Shown one piece after another: positions 39,879-47,993 of a stretch of DNA of 64,000 bases. The notes under the pieces were generated by a model that was given only the letters and a program-made list of their open reading frames with translations, ran no database searches and was not told the origin of the DNA. This DNA comes from Candidatus Eiseniibacteriota bacterium (GTDB taxonomy: Bacteria; Eisenbacteria; RBG-16-71-46; CAVPCR01; CBDCWB01). Where the stretch lies: positions 2,690,724 to 2,754,723 of the forward strand of contig OZ244990.1 of NCBI GenBank assembly GCA_965223205.1. Reading direction: 5' to 3'. The position numbers and the translations under genes were made by a program. Each line of letters opens with the position of its first letter. Positions within the stretch are counted from its first letter, which is position 1.

Positions 39879-40805
39879 ATGGGAAGTCGAGCAAGGCAAG
39901 TTAGCCGGTGGTGGATCATCGCCTGGGTGGCTTGCGTGCCGGCAATTGTTTGGGCGGGTACGACCACCGGCGACAGTGCGCCGGCGGTGCCTGTCGACGC
40001 GTCTGAAAGCGCCGAGGTGGTGGCGGCTGGTGACCCCGAGGTCGCCGCCGGCGAAACGGTCGGCGCCAGCGAGTCCACGGCGGCCAACCCGCCTCGTTTG
40101 CCCCAGATCCCCTTTGGCGTCGGCGAGAAGTTCGTCTTCTCACTCCAGTATGGTGTGATCAAGGCGGGTACCGCTACGCTCAACGTCGAAGACGTAGTCA
40201 CCGTCGACGACGTCGAATGTTACAAACTCTCGTCCGTGACGCGCTCCAACGCCTTGTTCAGCCGCTTTTACAAGGTCAGGGATCGCGTCGAGAGCATCGT
40301 CGACACCGCTCGCTTGCTGACTCTGCGCTCCTCAAAGGACTTGTCGCAGGGCGACTATCGCAAGCAGAGTTCAGGGGTTTGGGATCAACAGGCGCAGCTA
40401 GTCACCTACGCCAATGGCGACACGGTGTCGTTGGATGAGCACACGCGCGATGTATTGGGCGCTTTTTTCTATGTGCGCACGCTCGACTTGAGAGTTGGCG
40501 ATCGCGTGCCGCTGGCGGCCCACGATTCGGGCAAGACCTACCCGCTGTGGATCGAGGTCTTGGACGAGGAGACCATCGACACGCCGCTCGGCACGTTCGA
40601 TTGCTTGGTCGTGGAGCCCAAGCTCCAGACCGAAGGCTTGTTTAGGCGCACCGGCTCCCTGAAAGTCTGGCTGACTCGCGACGAGCGCCATATGCCGGTG
40701 ATGATGCAGTCCAAAATCAAGATTGGCGCGGTCTCTGCCATCTTGATCGAACACCAACCCGGCGCCACGCGCCGGCCCCAACTCCCAGGTGTCCACGCCA
40801 ACTAG
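39879..40805 (+). CDS. DUF3108-domain protein (secreted)
   Basis: Signal peptide (WWIIAWVACVPAIVWA), an Ala/Glu-rich linker, then a beta-rich domain. The family call is by resemblance only. Confidence 0.5.
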   Translation: MGSRARQVSRWWIIAWVACVPAIVWAGTTTGDSAPAVPVDASESAEVVAAGDPEVAAGETVGASESTAANPPRLPQIPFGVGEKFVFSLQYGVIKAGTATLNVEDVVTVDDVECYKLSSVTRSNALFSRFYKVRDRVESIVDTARLLTLRSSKDLSQGDYRKQSSGVWDQQAQLVTYANGDTVSLDEHTRDVLGAFFYVRTLDLRVGDRVPLAAHDSGKTYPLWIEVLDEETIDTPLGTFDCLVVEPKLQTEGLFRRTGSLKVWLTRDERHMPVMMQSKIKIGAVSAILIEHQPGATRRPQLPGVHAN

Positions 40806-41793
40806 GAAAACGCCAGCGCCTCAGCTTGGGACCGACGGCGAGCCCGTCTACGCCGAGGTCGACCTCCGCGGTGTGCGGACAACACCCATCGCCGAGCGTC
40901 CCAGCAAGGTCCACCTCGACCACCTGGCGCCGAGCCCCGACCCCACGCTGCCGGTGGGTCGGCTTTTGGAGCTCTTGCCCAATCAGTTAGCAGCTCTGGC
41001 TCTCGGTCGCTTGGTAGAGCACGTCACCGCCGCCGTCACTCGGCGGAAGCCGGTTGCCGCGCTCCTCGGTGGCCACGTAGTCAAGACCGGCTGTGCGCCG
41101 TCCCTCATCGCCTTGATGGAGCGCCGAGCCATCACCGTGTTGGCTCTAAACGGGTCAGCAGCGATCCACGATTTCGAGCTGGCAATGTTCGGCAAAACGT
41201 CCGAAACGGTAGAGGAGGTGCTGGCGACTGGTGCGTTTGGCATGGTCGAGGAGACCAGCCGCTGGATGAACCAGGCGGCGGTGACCGGAGCCGATCGAGG
41301 CATCGGCTTGGGGGAGGCGCTGGGGATGGCGCTCGATGAGGCGGCTGCGCCTCACCGGGAGCAGAGCTTGCTTGCGGCCGCCCGCCGGTTGGGCGTGCCG
41401 ATCACCGTGCACGTGGCGTTGGGGACCGACATCTTGCACCAGCACCCTACAGCTGATGGTCGCGCTATCGGGGAGACCAGCCTCCGCGACTTTCGGCGGC
41501 TGGCGGGCGCCCTACGCGGGCTGTCCGGCGGTGTGGTCTTGAACTTGGGCTCGGCTGTGGTGATGCCCGAGGTGTTTCTGAAGGCGCTGAGCGTCCTTCG
41601 CAATCTGGGAGAACCGCTGGAGGCGTTGACGACCGCCAACTTCGACTTTCAGAGGCACTATCGGACGCGCCACAACATTCTAGCGCGGCCCACCCAGGGC
41701 ATCGGCGAAGGGATCGAGCTGATTGGCCACCACGAAATCATGATTCCGCTGTTCGCGGCACTCGTTGTAGGGCGCCTGTCGGGCGCCGAGTAG
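40789..41793 (+). CDS. deoxyhypusine synthase-like (DHS-fold) protein
   Basis: A block (LLGGHVVKTGCAPSLIALMERRAITVLALNGSAAIHDFELAMFG) aligns to the human DHPS segment [42 protein letters not shown]. A later segment (NLGSAVVMPEVFLKAL) resembles DHS DASLVFPLLVAETF. Alignment is from memory. Confidence 0.4.
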   Translation: MSTPTRKTPAPQLGTDGEPVYAEVDLRGVRTTPIAERPSKVHLDHLAPSPDPTLPVGRLLELLPNQLAALALGRLVEHVTAAVTRRKPVAALLGGHVVKTGCAPSLIALMERRAITVLALNGSAAIHDFELAMFGKTSETVEEVLATGAFGMVEETSRWMNQAAVTGADRGIGLGEALGMALDEAAAPHREQSLLAAARRLGVPITVHVALGTDILHQHPTADGRAIGETSLRDFRRLAGALRGLSGGVVLNLGSAVVMPEVFLKALSVLRNLGEPLEALTTANFDFQRHYRTRHNILARPTQGIGEGIELIGHHEIMIPLFAALVVGRLSGAE

Positions 41794-41834
41794 ATTGCGC
41801 AAGGCGTGTGTTGACAAGGGGTTGACCTGAGACT

Positions 41835-42581
41835 ATGATGATCCAAGCGAAGTGTGCGTACCTCTGGGGAGCGGTGCTGGCGACTGTTCTCGCCGCCGGT
41901 TGCGGTGGCGGCCCACCGCGGGCGCAGAGTGACATTGCAGCATCCGGGCGGGCTCTTGGTATCGATCCCAACTTTGAGTACCTGCCCGAGTATCGCATTC
42001 GGGTCGGCGATGAGATGCTCATTGAGTTTCTATCCGACCCGGAGCCGGCGACCAGTGCCTCGGCAGTGGTTGTGCGCCCCGACGGGCGCATCTCGGTCCG
42101 CAACGTCGACGACGTTCTGGCAGCGGGGCTGACGCCGGCCGAACTCGACTCGGTCCTCACTGAGAGCTTTGCCAGCTTGCTGGTCGACCCCGAGCTGTCG
42201 ATTGTGGTGCGGGGTTTTGCCCGCGAGAAGGTCTACGTCATGGGTGCGGTGAAAACGCCGCGCGAGGTGGATCTGAAAGGACCGATCAGTTTGCTCCAGG
42301 CACTATCAGCCGCAGGTGGCTTTGTGCGCGGCGCCAATCGCAACGATGTGGTCGTTGTGCGGCGCCTGCCGGGCGGCGAACTCAACGCCTTCAAAGTCGA
42401 TGCCGAACCCATCATGGAAGGAAAACCCGGCGCGCGAGAGGTATCGCTCTACGCCCAGGATGTGGTCATCGTACCGCAGACCAACATCGCCAAAGTCGGC
42501 GACTTTGTCGCCCAGTATTTTGAGGCGATCAACCCGGCTTTGCTGACCGCATTCTGGGTTGACCGTATCGTCAACCCTTAG
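41835..42581 (+). CDS. polysaccharide export outer-membrane lipoprotein (Wza/GumB family; Poly_export + SLBB)
   Basis: Lipobox LAAGCGG. Poly_export motif (YRIRVGDEMLIEF…PDGRISV) and an SLBB domain (VYVMGAVKTPREVDLKGPISLLQALSAAGG). Confidence 0.8.
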   Translation: MMIQAKCAYLWGAVLATVLAAGCGGGPPRAQSDIAASGRALGIDPNFEYLPEYRIRVGDEMLIEFLSDPEPATSASAVVVRPDGRISVRNVDDVLAAGLTPAELDSVLTESFASLLVDPELSIVVRGFAREKVYVMGAVKTPREVDLKGPISLLQALSAAGGFVRGANRNDVVVVRRLPGGELNAFKVDAEPIMEGKPGAREVSLYAQDVVIVPQTNIAKVGDFVAQYFEAINPALLTAFWVDRIVNP

Positions 42582-42641
42582 AGTTGCAATTAGGTCGGCG
42601 TCGAAGCTGGGTTCCTCCACCCGGCGCCGCGAGGAAGCACC

Positions 42642-44093
42642 ATGAACCAGCCTCTTGGGTATAGTTCGACCAGCGAGCTGAAGCGCAGCCCGTTCAGTTC
42701 TCCGCGCGACTTTGTGTCGTTGCTGTTCCGTCGCAAGGCGATCGCTCTGATGACCTTCGGGCTGGTGCTGGCCGCGGCCATCCTCGGCGCCATGCGCCAA
42801 CGGGCTTTCTACGTCGCCCAAACCGATGTCTTGGTCGATCGTGGCGCCACCTTGGCTGAAGGGCCACACTCGCGCCCCCACATGCATTGGTGGGAAGAAA
42901 TGAAGACGTTGATGGCAACTGCGCGCACGCACGAGGTTGCTGAAATCGCCGCGCAATTGTTGGCCCAGCGGCAAACCGAGCGCATGGCAGGGTCACCGGA
43001 GTTCGCCAACGCCACGGTTGGACCACCGAGTGCCAAGTCTCTGCAGGAGCGGTTCAGCGTCGAAGTGATTGACGAGACCAACGTGATCCGGATGGCCTTC
43101 CGGGGCGATTCTGCCCAGGAGACCATCGACGGGGTCAATGCATTTGCCGAGGCGTTCCTGCGTCGCAGCCGCGAATTCGTGCGTGACTCGAGTCCGCCAG
43201 CAGAAATATACACAGACCTGATAGCGGAGAAGCGCAAGAGTTTGAAGGAGATCGACGCGAACATTAACGCTATCAAGGCAGGATCGCGGATTGCCGACAT
43301 CAACACCGAGGCGGTGGAGCTGACGCGCCAACGCACGGCGCTGAGCAATCTCTTGTCGGTGAAGCGGGCCGAATCGCAGGCTGTGCAGTCGGAATTGGCC
43401 GCCATTACCAGAAGCCTCAAAGAGCGCCCAGAAGTGCTCATCCCCAATGAGGAATTCAAGCGTGACCCGTCGCTGCAACTCTACGAGCGGCGACTTGCCG
43501 AACTGCGCGGTCGACTAAACACGTTGCTCGCGACCTACACGCGCGAGAATCCGCAGGTGCAAGCGTTAGAGCGCGACGTCGAGGCTTGCCGGGTTTCCAT
43601 TCGCGGACAGGTAAACGACATGATTGTCGCCAAGCGCAACGCCGTTGCCGGGTTGCGTGGCGAGATTGCCAGCTTCGAGAAGTCCCTCGCCGAAACGGAC
43701 ACCCGCCTTGGCGAGCTGAGCGAGCTTGACCACGAGCTTGAGCTTCTGGAGTTGGACCGCAAGAGCCACCTCCAAGACATGGCGAGCTTTGAAGGTAAGG
43801 CTCGCGACACTGAACTCAATGCCAGTTCTGATCCCCGCGCCGGCAAACTGCACGTCTTGTCGGTGGCCCGCGATGCTACGCGTGTCGGCGGCGGTGCCAA
43901 GCAGAAGATGTTGCTCCTGGTGGCGACGGTTTTGGCGTTGGGTCTGGCATTCGCAGCCGCCTACGGCGCTGACATGCTTGACCGCTCGATTCGATTCCCC
44001 GAAGAGGCCGAAGCGGCTCTCGGAGTGCCAATCCTGGCGACCATACGGAAAGTGGATGCCGCTCACATCAAAGCTGCCGACCGGGCGGCCTAA
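42642..44093 (+). CDS. polysaccharide chain-length determinant protein (Wzz/GumC/PCP family, transmembrane + periplasmic coiled-coil)
   Basis: N-terminal Wzz motif and TM1 (DFVSLLFRRKAIALMTFGLVLAAAILGA), a long coiled-coil middle, and TM2 (MLLLVATVLALGLAFAAAYG). Confidence 0.75.
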   Translation: MNQPLGYSSTSELKRSPFSSPRDFVSLLFRRKAIALMTFGLVLAAAILGAMRQRAFYVAQTDVLVDRGATLAEGPHSRPHMHWWEEMKTLMATARTHEVAEIAAQLLAQRQTERMAGSPEFANATVGPPSAKSLQERFSVEVIDETNVIRMAFRGDSAQETIDGVNAFAEAFLRRSREFVRDSSPPAEIYTDLIAEKRKSLKEIDANINAIKAGSRIADINTEAVELTRQRTALSNLLSVKRAESQAVQSELAAITRSLKERPEVLIPNEEFKRDPSLQLYERRLAELRGRLNTLLATYTRENPQVQALERDVEACRVSIRGQVNDMIVAKRNAVAGLRGEIASFEKSLAETDTRLGELSELDHELELLELDRKSHLQDMASFEGKARDTELNASSDPRAGKLHVLSVARDATRVGGGAKQKMLLLVATVLALGLAFAAAYGADMLDRSIRFPEEAEAALGVPILATIRKVDAAHIKAADRAA

Positions 44094-44106
44094 GACGGAG
44101 ACCTGC

Positions 44107-44859
44107 GTGGAAAGTTCAGCGGTCAAAAAGGCGATCGAGCGCCTGCAGAGCAAGTCGGCGCCGGACGGCACCGTCTCCATGCCGCGTGGTTCGCGCTCGC
44201 AACTGTCGCTGCAAAGTGTTCTATCCTTGCCGCCCGACGTCGTCGAAGCCTATGCAACCCTCACCGCTCGATTGGAGCGCGCCCTGGCCGGTATGTCGCG
44301 CCGCGCAATTGTCGTCGGCGCCACCGGCGAACGCTGTGGTGCGTCGTCAGTAGCTATTGGTTTGTCCGCAACCCTGGCGGCCTCAACGGGCGTCGCTACC
44401 TTGTTGGTCGACGCCAATCTACGGCGGCCGAACTTGCATCGACGGTTCGACATGGACCCGGTTCCCGGGCTCGTGGATTTGGTTCACGACAATGTCGGCA
44501 AGGACCCCAGCATTCGTCCCTCGGGCTTGGAGCAATTGAGCCTGGTGTTGAGTGGCCGGCAGGAGGTCAGCCCACAAACGTTTTTTCAGCGCCCTGAGTT
44601 TGGCCGCTTGCTCGACGGTTGGACAGAGCGTTTTGGGTACGTGATTCTCGACTCAGCGCCAGTCGGCGAGCTGGCTGACTCCATCGCCCTCGCGCAGCAG
44701 TCGACCGGCGTTGTGCTGGTCGTCGAAGCCACGCGTACCTCGCGCGACTCCGCCACTGAGGTTGTTCAAAAGGTGCGCGAAAGCGGCGTCGAGGTCTTTG
44801 GCGGTGTTCTCAACAAGCGCCGGCACTACATCCCCGAGTGGATCTACAAGCGCATCTAG
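44107..44859 (+). CDS. BY-kinase-like (CpsD/CapB-type) P-loop ATPase domain protein with a degenerate Walker A
   Basis: GTG start just after the wzz stop. AAA_31/ParA-like fold (LLVDANLRRPNLHRRF … VILDSAPVGELADS), but Walker A reads GATGERCGASS with no Lys. Few C-terminal Tyr residues. Confidence 0.6.
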   Translation: MESSAVKKAIERLQSKSAPDGTVSMPRGSRSQLSLQSVLSLPPDVVEAYATLTARLERALAGMSRRAIVVGATGERCGASSVAIGLSATLAASTGVATLLVDANLRRPNLHRRFDMDPVPGLVDLVHDNVGKDPSIRPSGLEQLSLVLSGRQEVSPQTFFQRPEFGRLLDGWTERFGYVILDSAPVGELADSIALAQQSTGVVLVVEATRTSRDSATEVVQKVRESGVEVFGGVLNKRRHYIPEWIYKRI

Positions 44860-44877
44860 CCCCGCGGCGGCGGCAAC

Positions 44878-46449
44878 GTGCCTAGCATCAGCGTCATAGA
44901 AACTGAAACTGGTGGCTCGTGGCGCCGCTGGGCGGCTGCGGCGATGGGCGGCATCGGTGTTGCTCTAGCTGCTTCGCTAGTGGCCGGGGCGCTGAGTCTT
45001 GAGCAGCAAGTCATGGGCATGGTCCTCGTCGGCTTGCTCATGGCGACGGCGGTGGTTTGTTTTTACGACCCGACAATCTCCTACGTGCTGTGGCTCTGGG
45101 CCTTTCCGCTGATCAACCGCTATACGCACCTCAACCTGCCGGCGGTGCCCGACATGTCGGGGCCGCGCTTTATGGTCTTAGTGATGATCGGCGTCGTGGC
45201 AGTGCAGTGGGCGAGCGGTCGGCTGCGGCTCCTGCGGCTCAATGGTGTCGACTGGGCCATGCTGTTGTTCTTGGCCGCGAGCCTTGCCGACATGGTCTTG
45301 CATCGCCGCCTTGTGCACGGGGTGCAGATTAGTCCGATCACTCAGGTTATCAACGGCTACGTGATTCCTTTTTTGCTCTACTTTTTCGTCAGGAATGCTG
45401 CGACCAACGATCGAGCGGTGCGGCGAATTTTCGGGGGCATCGTTGTGCTGGCCCTCTACTTTGCCCTAACGGCTATCTTCGAGCGCTTTCGCGTTGCTCC
45501 GTTGGTTTTTCCGCCGGATATACTTGACCCGGAAGCGGGCGGCGGCCGCTGGTTTGGCGTGCGCGTACGTGGGCCATTCCTGAATTCGCCGATCTTTGGC
45601 ACGGCCATAAGCATGACCTTTTACGTAGCGCTGCACGTCGTAACCCACATGCGCGGTCGGATCCAATGGGTGGCTGGATTGTCACTTCTAGTGGCACCGC
45701 TGGCTACGCTCTATACGCTGACGCGGCAGGTGTGGCTGGGCTTTGTCGCACCGCTCGCCATTGGCGTTGGACGATCGCGGTTTCAAAGACGTGTCTTGGT
45801 CGTGCTGCTGGTCGTTGCCATAGCTTTCGCGCTGTTCGTCGACTGGAGCGTGCTGGTCGATCCGGACGCGCTTCGGGCGCGGGCCCAGAACGCCAACACA
45901 GGTTCAGCGCGCCTGGTCCAATATGCAATTGGTTGGCACATGTTTCTGGACCATCCGATAACTGGAATTGGGCTCGAGCAATGGATGAACAGGGTTGACG
46001 AATACAAACATGTGGTCGGCAACTACCGGCTGGGTGTGTTCGACGTAACGGCCAAACACGGCGAGGGCGCAAAGATTCACAACGCGCTGCTGCGCATCGT
46101 GCTTGAGCTGGGATTACTTGGGGCGATCCCGTACTGTGCCATCTGGATCATTCTCTTCCGCAAATCATTGCGGCTATACAGGGCCTTGCCCAGAAGTGGG
46201 TTGTTTGGCAAGGATTTGGTGCTCATGTTCTGGCAAGTAGCGCTCGCTTACATTATCCTGATGACCTTCACCAACCCGATGCACTCTTTTCTGGGCGGAT
46301 TGTTTTTCGGGCTTGCCGCCGTTATCTCGAGGCGGGCGGAGCTGGTGGATGAATCTGGCGAGCGGCCGGTTCCGGGATATACGTTGACGTCTCCCAACCC
46401 AACACTGGTTCACACAACAGCGGCTGGCTCGATACGGACCGCGACGTGA
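44878..46449 (+). CDS. O-antigen polymerase/ligase family membrane protein (Wzy_C domain)
   Basis: More than 10 TM helices, with the Wzy_C signature H-N-x-x-L-x-x-x-x-E-x-G (HNALLRIVLELGLLG) in a large periplasmic loop. Confidence 0.7.
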   Translation: MPSISVIETETGGSWRRWAAAAMGGIGVALAASLVAGALSLEQQVMGMVLVGLLMATAVVCFYDPTISYVLWLWAFPLINRYTHLNLPAVPDMSGPRFMVLVMIGVVAVQWASGRLRLLRLNGVDWAMLLFLAASLADMVLHRRLVHGVQISPITQVINGYVIPFLLYFFVRNAATNDRAVRRIFGGIVVLALYFALTAIFERFRVAPLVFPPDILDPEAGGGRWFGVRVRGPFLNSPIFGTAISMTFYVALHVVTHMRGRIQWVAGLSLLVAPLATLYTLTRQVWLGFVAPLAIGVGRSRFQRRVLVVLLVVAIAFALFVDWSVLVDPDALRARAQNANTGSARLVQYAIGWHMFLDHPITGIGLEQWMNRVDEYKHVVGNYRLGVFDVTAKHGEGAKIHNALLRIVLELGLLGAIPYCAIWIILFRKSLRLYRALPRSGLFGKDLVLMFWQVALAYIILMTFTNPMHSFLGGLFFGLAAVISRRAELVDESGERPVPGYTLTSPNPTLVHTTAAGSIRTAT

Positions 46450-47978
46450 GCGTCGGCGGCACCAGCGACTCTCAAGAGGAAATCGGACCTGGATCGCCGA
46501 CGCCGGCCCCGCGGCGATCTCTGAGTTTCCAGGCCGGCAGTGTCATGGCGGTGCGCGCCGTCATCTCGGCGCTGACCTTCATAGTCGCCGCGGTGCTCGT
46601 GCGCCTGCTCCCTCAAGCAGATTATGGGCGTTGGCGTCAGGTGTTCGTCATCGTGGCAGTCTGCGCTCCGACCTTGCAATTCGGTCTGAGTCAAAGTCTG
46701 TTCTACTTTTACCCACGGCGCCCGGGGGTACGGGATCAGCTCCTGTCCCAAACGCTCTACGCGATGGGGCTGGTCGGCGCGCTCTTTGCGTTAGCCATGG
46801 CGTTGGGGGCGCAGTGGGTCGGCGCGTTCTTTGGCGACCCGACCATGGCCGACCTGGCACCGCGTATCGGCGTTTTTGTAGCATTGACCATGGTCACCAG
46901 CCCGATCGAGATTCTCCCCCTCGTCCAACAGCGTATGCGTCTCATGTTTGGGCTGTTTGCCGGCGTCGAGGTAGTGCGGGCGGCGCTGCTGTTGGCAGTG
47001 GGTTTGGTGACCCGCGATCTTAACGCTTTGGTTTGGGCGTTGTGCGCGTTTGGGGCTTTCCGCTTGCTGGTGATCGTCGCGGTACTGTTGCGGCAGCGAT
47101 TGTTGATCGTGCCGCGCAGCTTCGCCTTCTTGCGCGAGCAACTTACCTACGCCATTCCATACGGCGCCGCCGTCGTGGCGGCAACATGGATACAGCGTGT
47201 CGATCAGCTGGTGGTCTCGAGGATGTTTGAGCCCGATGAATTTGCCGTGTATGCCGTGGGTACGATGGTCTCGCCGGTGATCATGATCGTCGTTGTCTCG
47301 GTGACCAGCGTGTTGTTGGGCGAGATGGCGGGGTTGCAAAAGGCCGGACGTCCGGAGGCCATGGCGGCCTTGTTTCAGAACGCGACGCGCAAACTCGGGC
47401 TCATGGTGTTGCCTTTGGTCTGCTTGTTGGCTTGCCTGGCGCCGGACTTGATCCCGGCGGTGTTTGGCCGGCAGTATGCGGGCGCCGTGCCCATTTTCTT
47501 GGTTTTTCTTACTCTGGTGCTCCGGGCTGCGACCGCCTATGGCACGGTTATGCGTGCGTTTGGATTGACTGCCTGGATCTTTCGGGCGACGGTGTTGGCG
47601 TTGCTACTTGCCGTCGCCTTGGCCGTGGCGTTGGGTCGCTGGATGGGGCCGCTCGGACCGGCGATTGCAGTGGTGTTAGCGCTTTGGTCTGCTGCAAGCG
47701 CTCAATTGTGGAAGACGGGCCAACTCCTGGGTTGCGGCGTGCCAGGTCTCTTCCGGTGGCGCACGCTCCTCGCCTGTGCGATTCTCTCGGTCGCTGTGGC
47801 GCTGGTGGTGCGCACCGGGCTCAGTGTTGTTTCGGCGGCGCACTGGGTGCGCGTTCTCATCGGCGGTGCCGCGTTCGTCGTCTTGTATTTGCCGGCGGCC
47901 GTTGCCGTTGGCTTGATTCAGCGCGCCGAGCTGGGGGAGGTCGCGGGTGCCCTGCGGAGTTTGCCGGGGCGGTCATGA
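46446..47978 (+). CDS. polysaccharide flippase (Wzx / MOP superfamily, Polysacc_synt)
   Basis: Start overlaps the wzy stop. About 12-14 TM helices and a Polysacc_synt-like N-terminus (AVISALTFIVAAVLVRLLPQADYGRW). Confidence 0.7.
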   Translation: MSVGGTSDSQEEIGPGSPTPAPRRSLSFQAGSVMAVRAVISALTFIVAAVLVRLLPQADYGRWRQVFVIVAVCAPTLQFGLSQSLFYFYPRRPGVRDQLLSQTLYAMGLVGALFALAMALGAQWVGAFFGDPTMADLAPRIGVFVALTMVTSPIEILPLVQQRMRLMFGLFAGVEVVRAALLLAVGLVTRDLNALVWALCAFGAFRLLVIVAVLLRQRLLIVPRSFAFLREQLTYAIPYGAAVVAATWIQRVDQLVVSRMFEPDEFAVYAVGTMVSPVIMIVVVSVTSVLLGEMAGLQKAGRPEAMAALFQNATRKLGLMVLPLVCLLACLAPDLIPAVFGRQYAGAVPIFLVFLTLVLRAATAYGTVMRAFGLTAWIFRATVLALLLAVALAVALGRWMGPLGPAIAVVLALWSAASAQLWKTGQLLGCGVPGLFRWRTLLACAILSVAVALVVRTGLSVVSAAHWVRVLIGGAAFVVLYLPAAVAVGLIQRAELGEVAGALRSLPGRS

Positions 47979-47993
47979 CTTTGAGAGACACCC

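Noticed and set aside
43726-44106. 5' extension of the BY-kinase-like ORF through the 3' end of the wzz gene
   Set aside because: The extension is in a different frame across the well-supported PCP gene; a GTG at 44107 directly after the wzz stop gives a protein beginning at the conserved ATPase domain.
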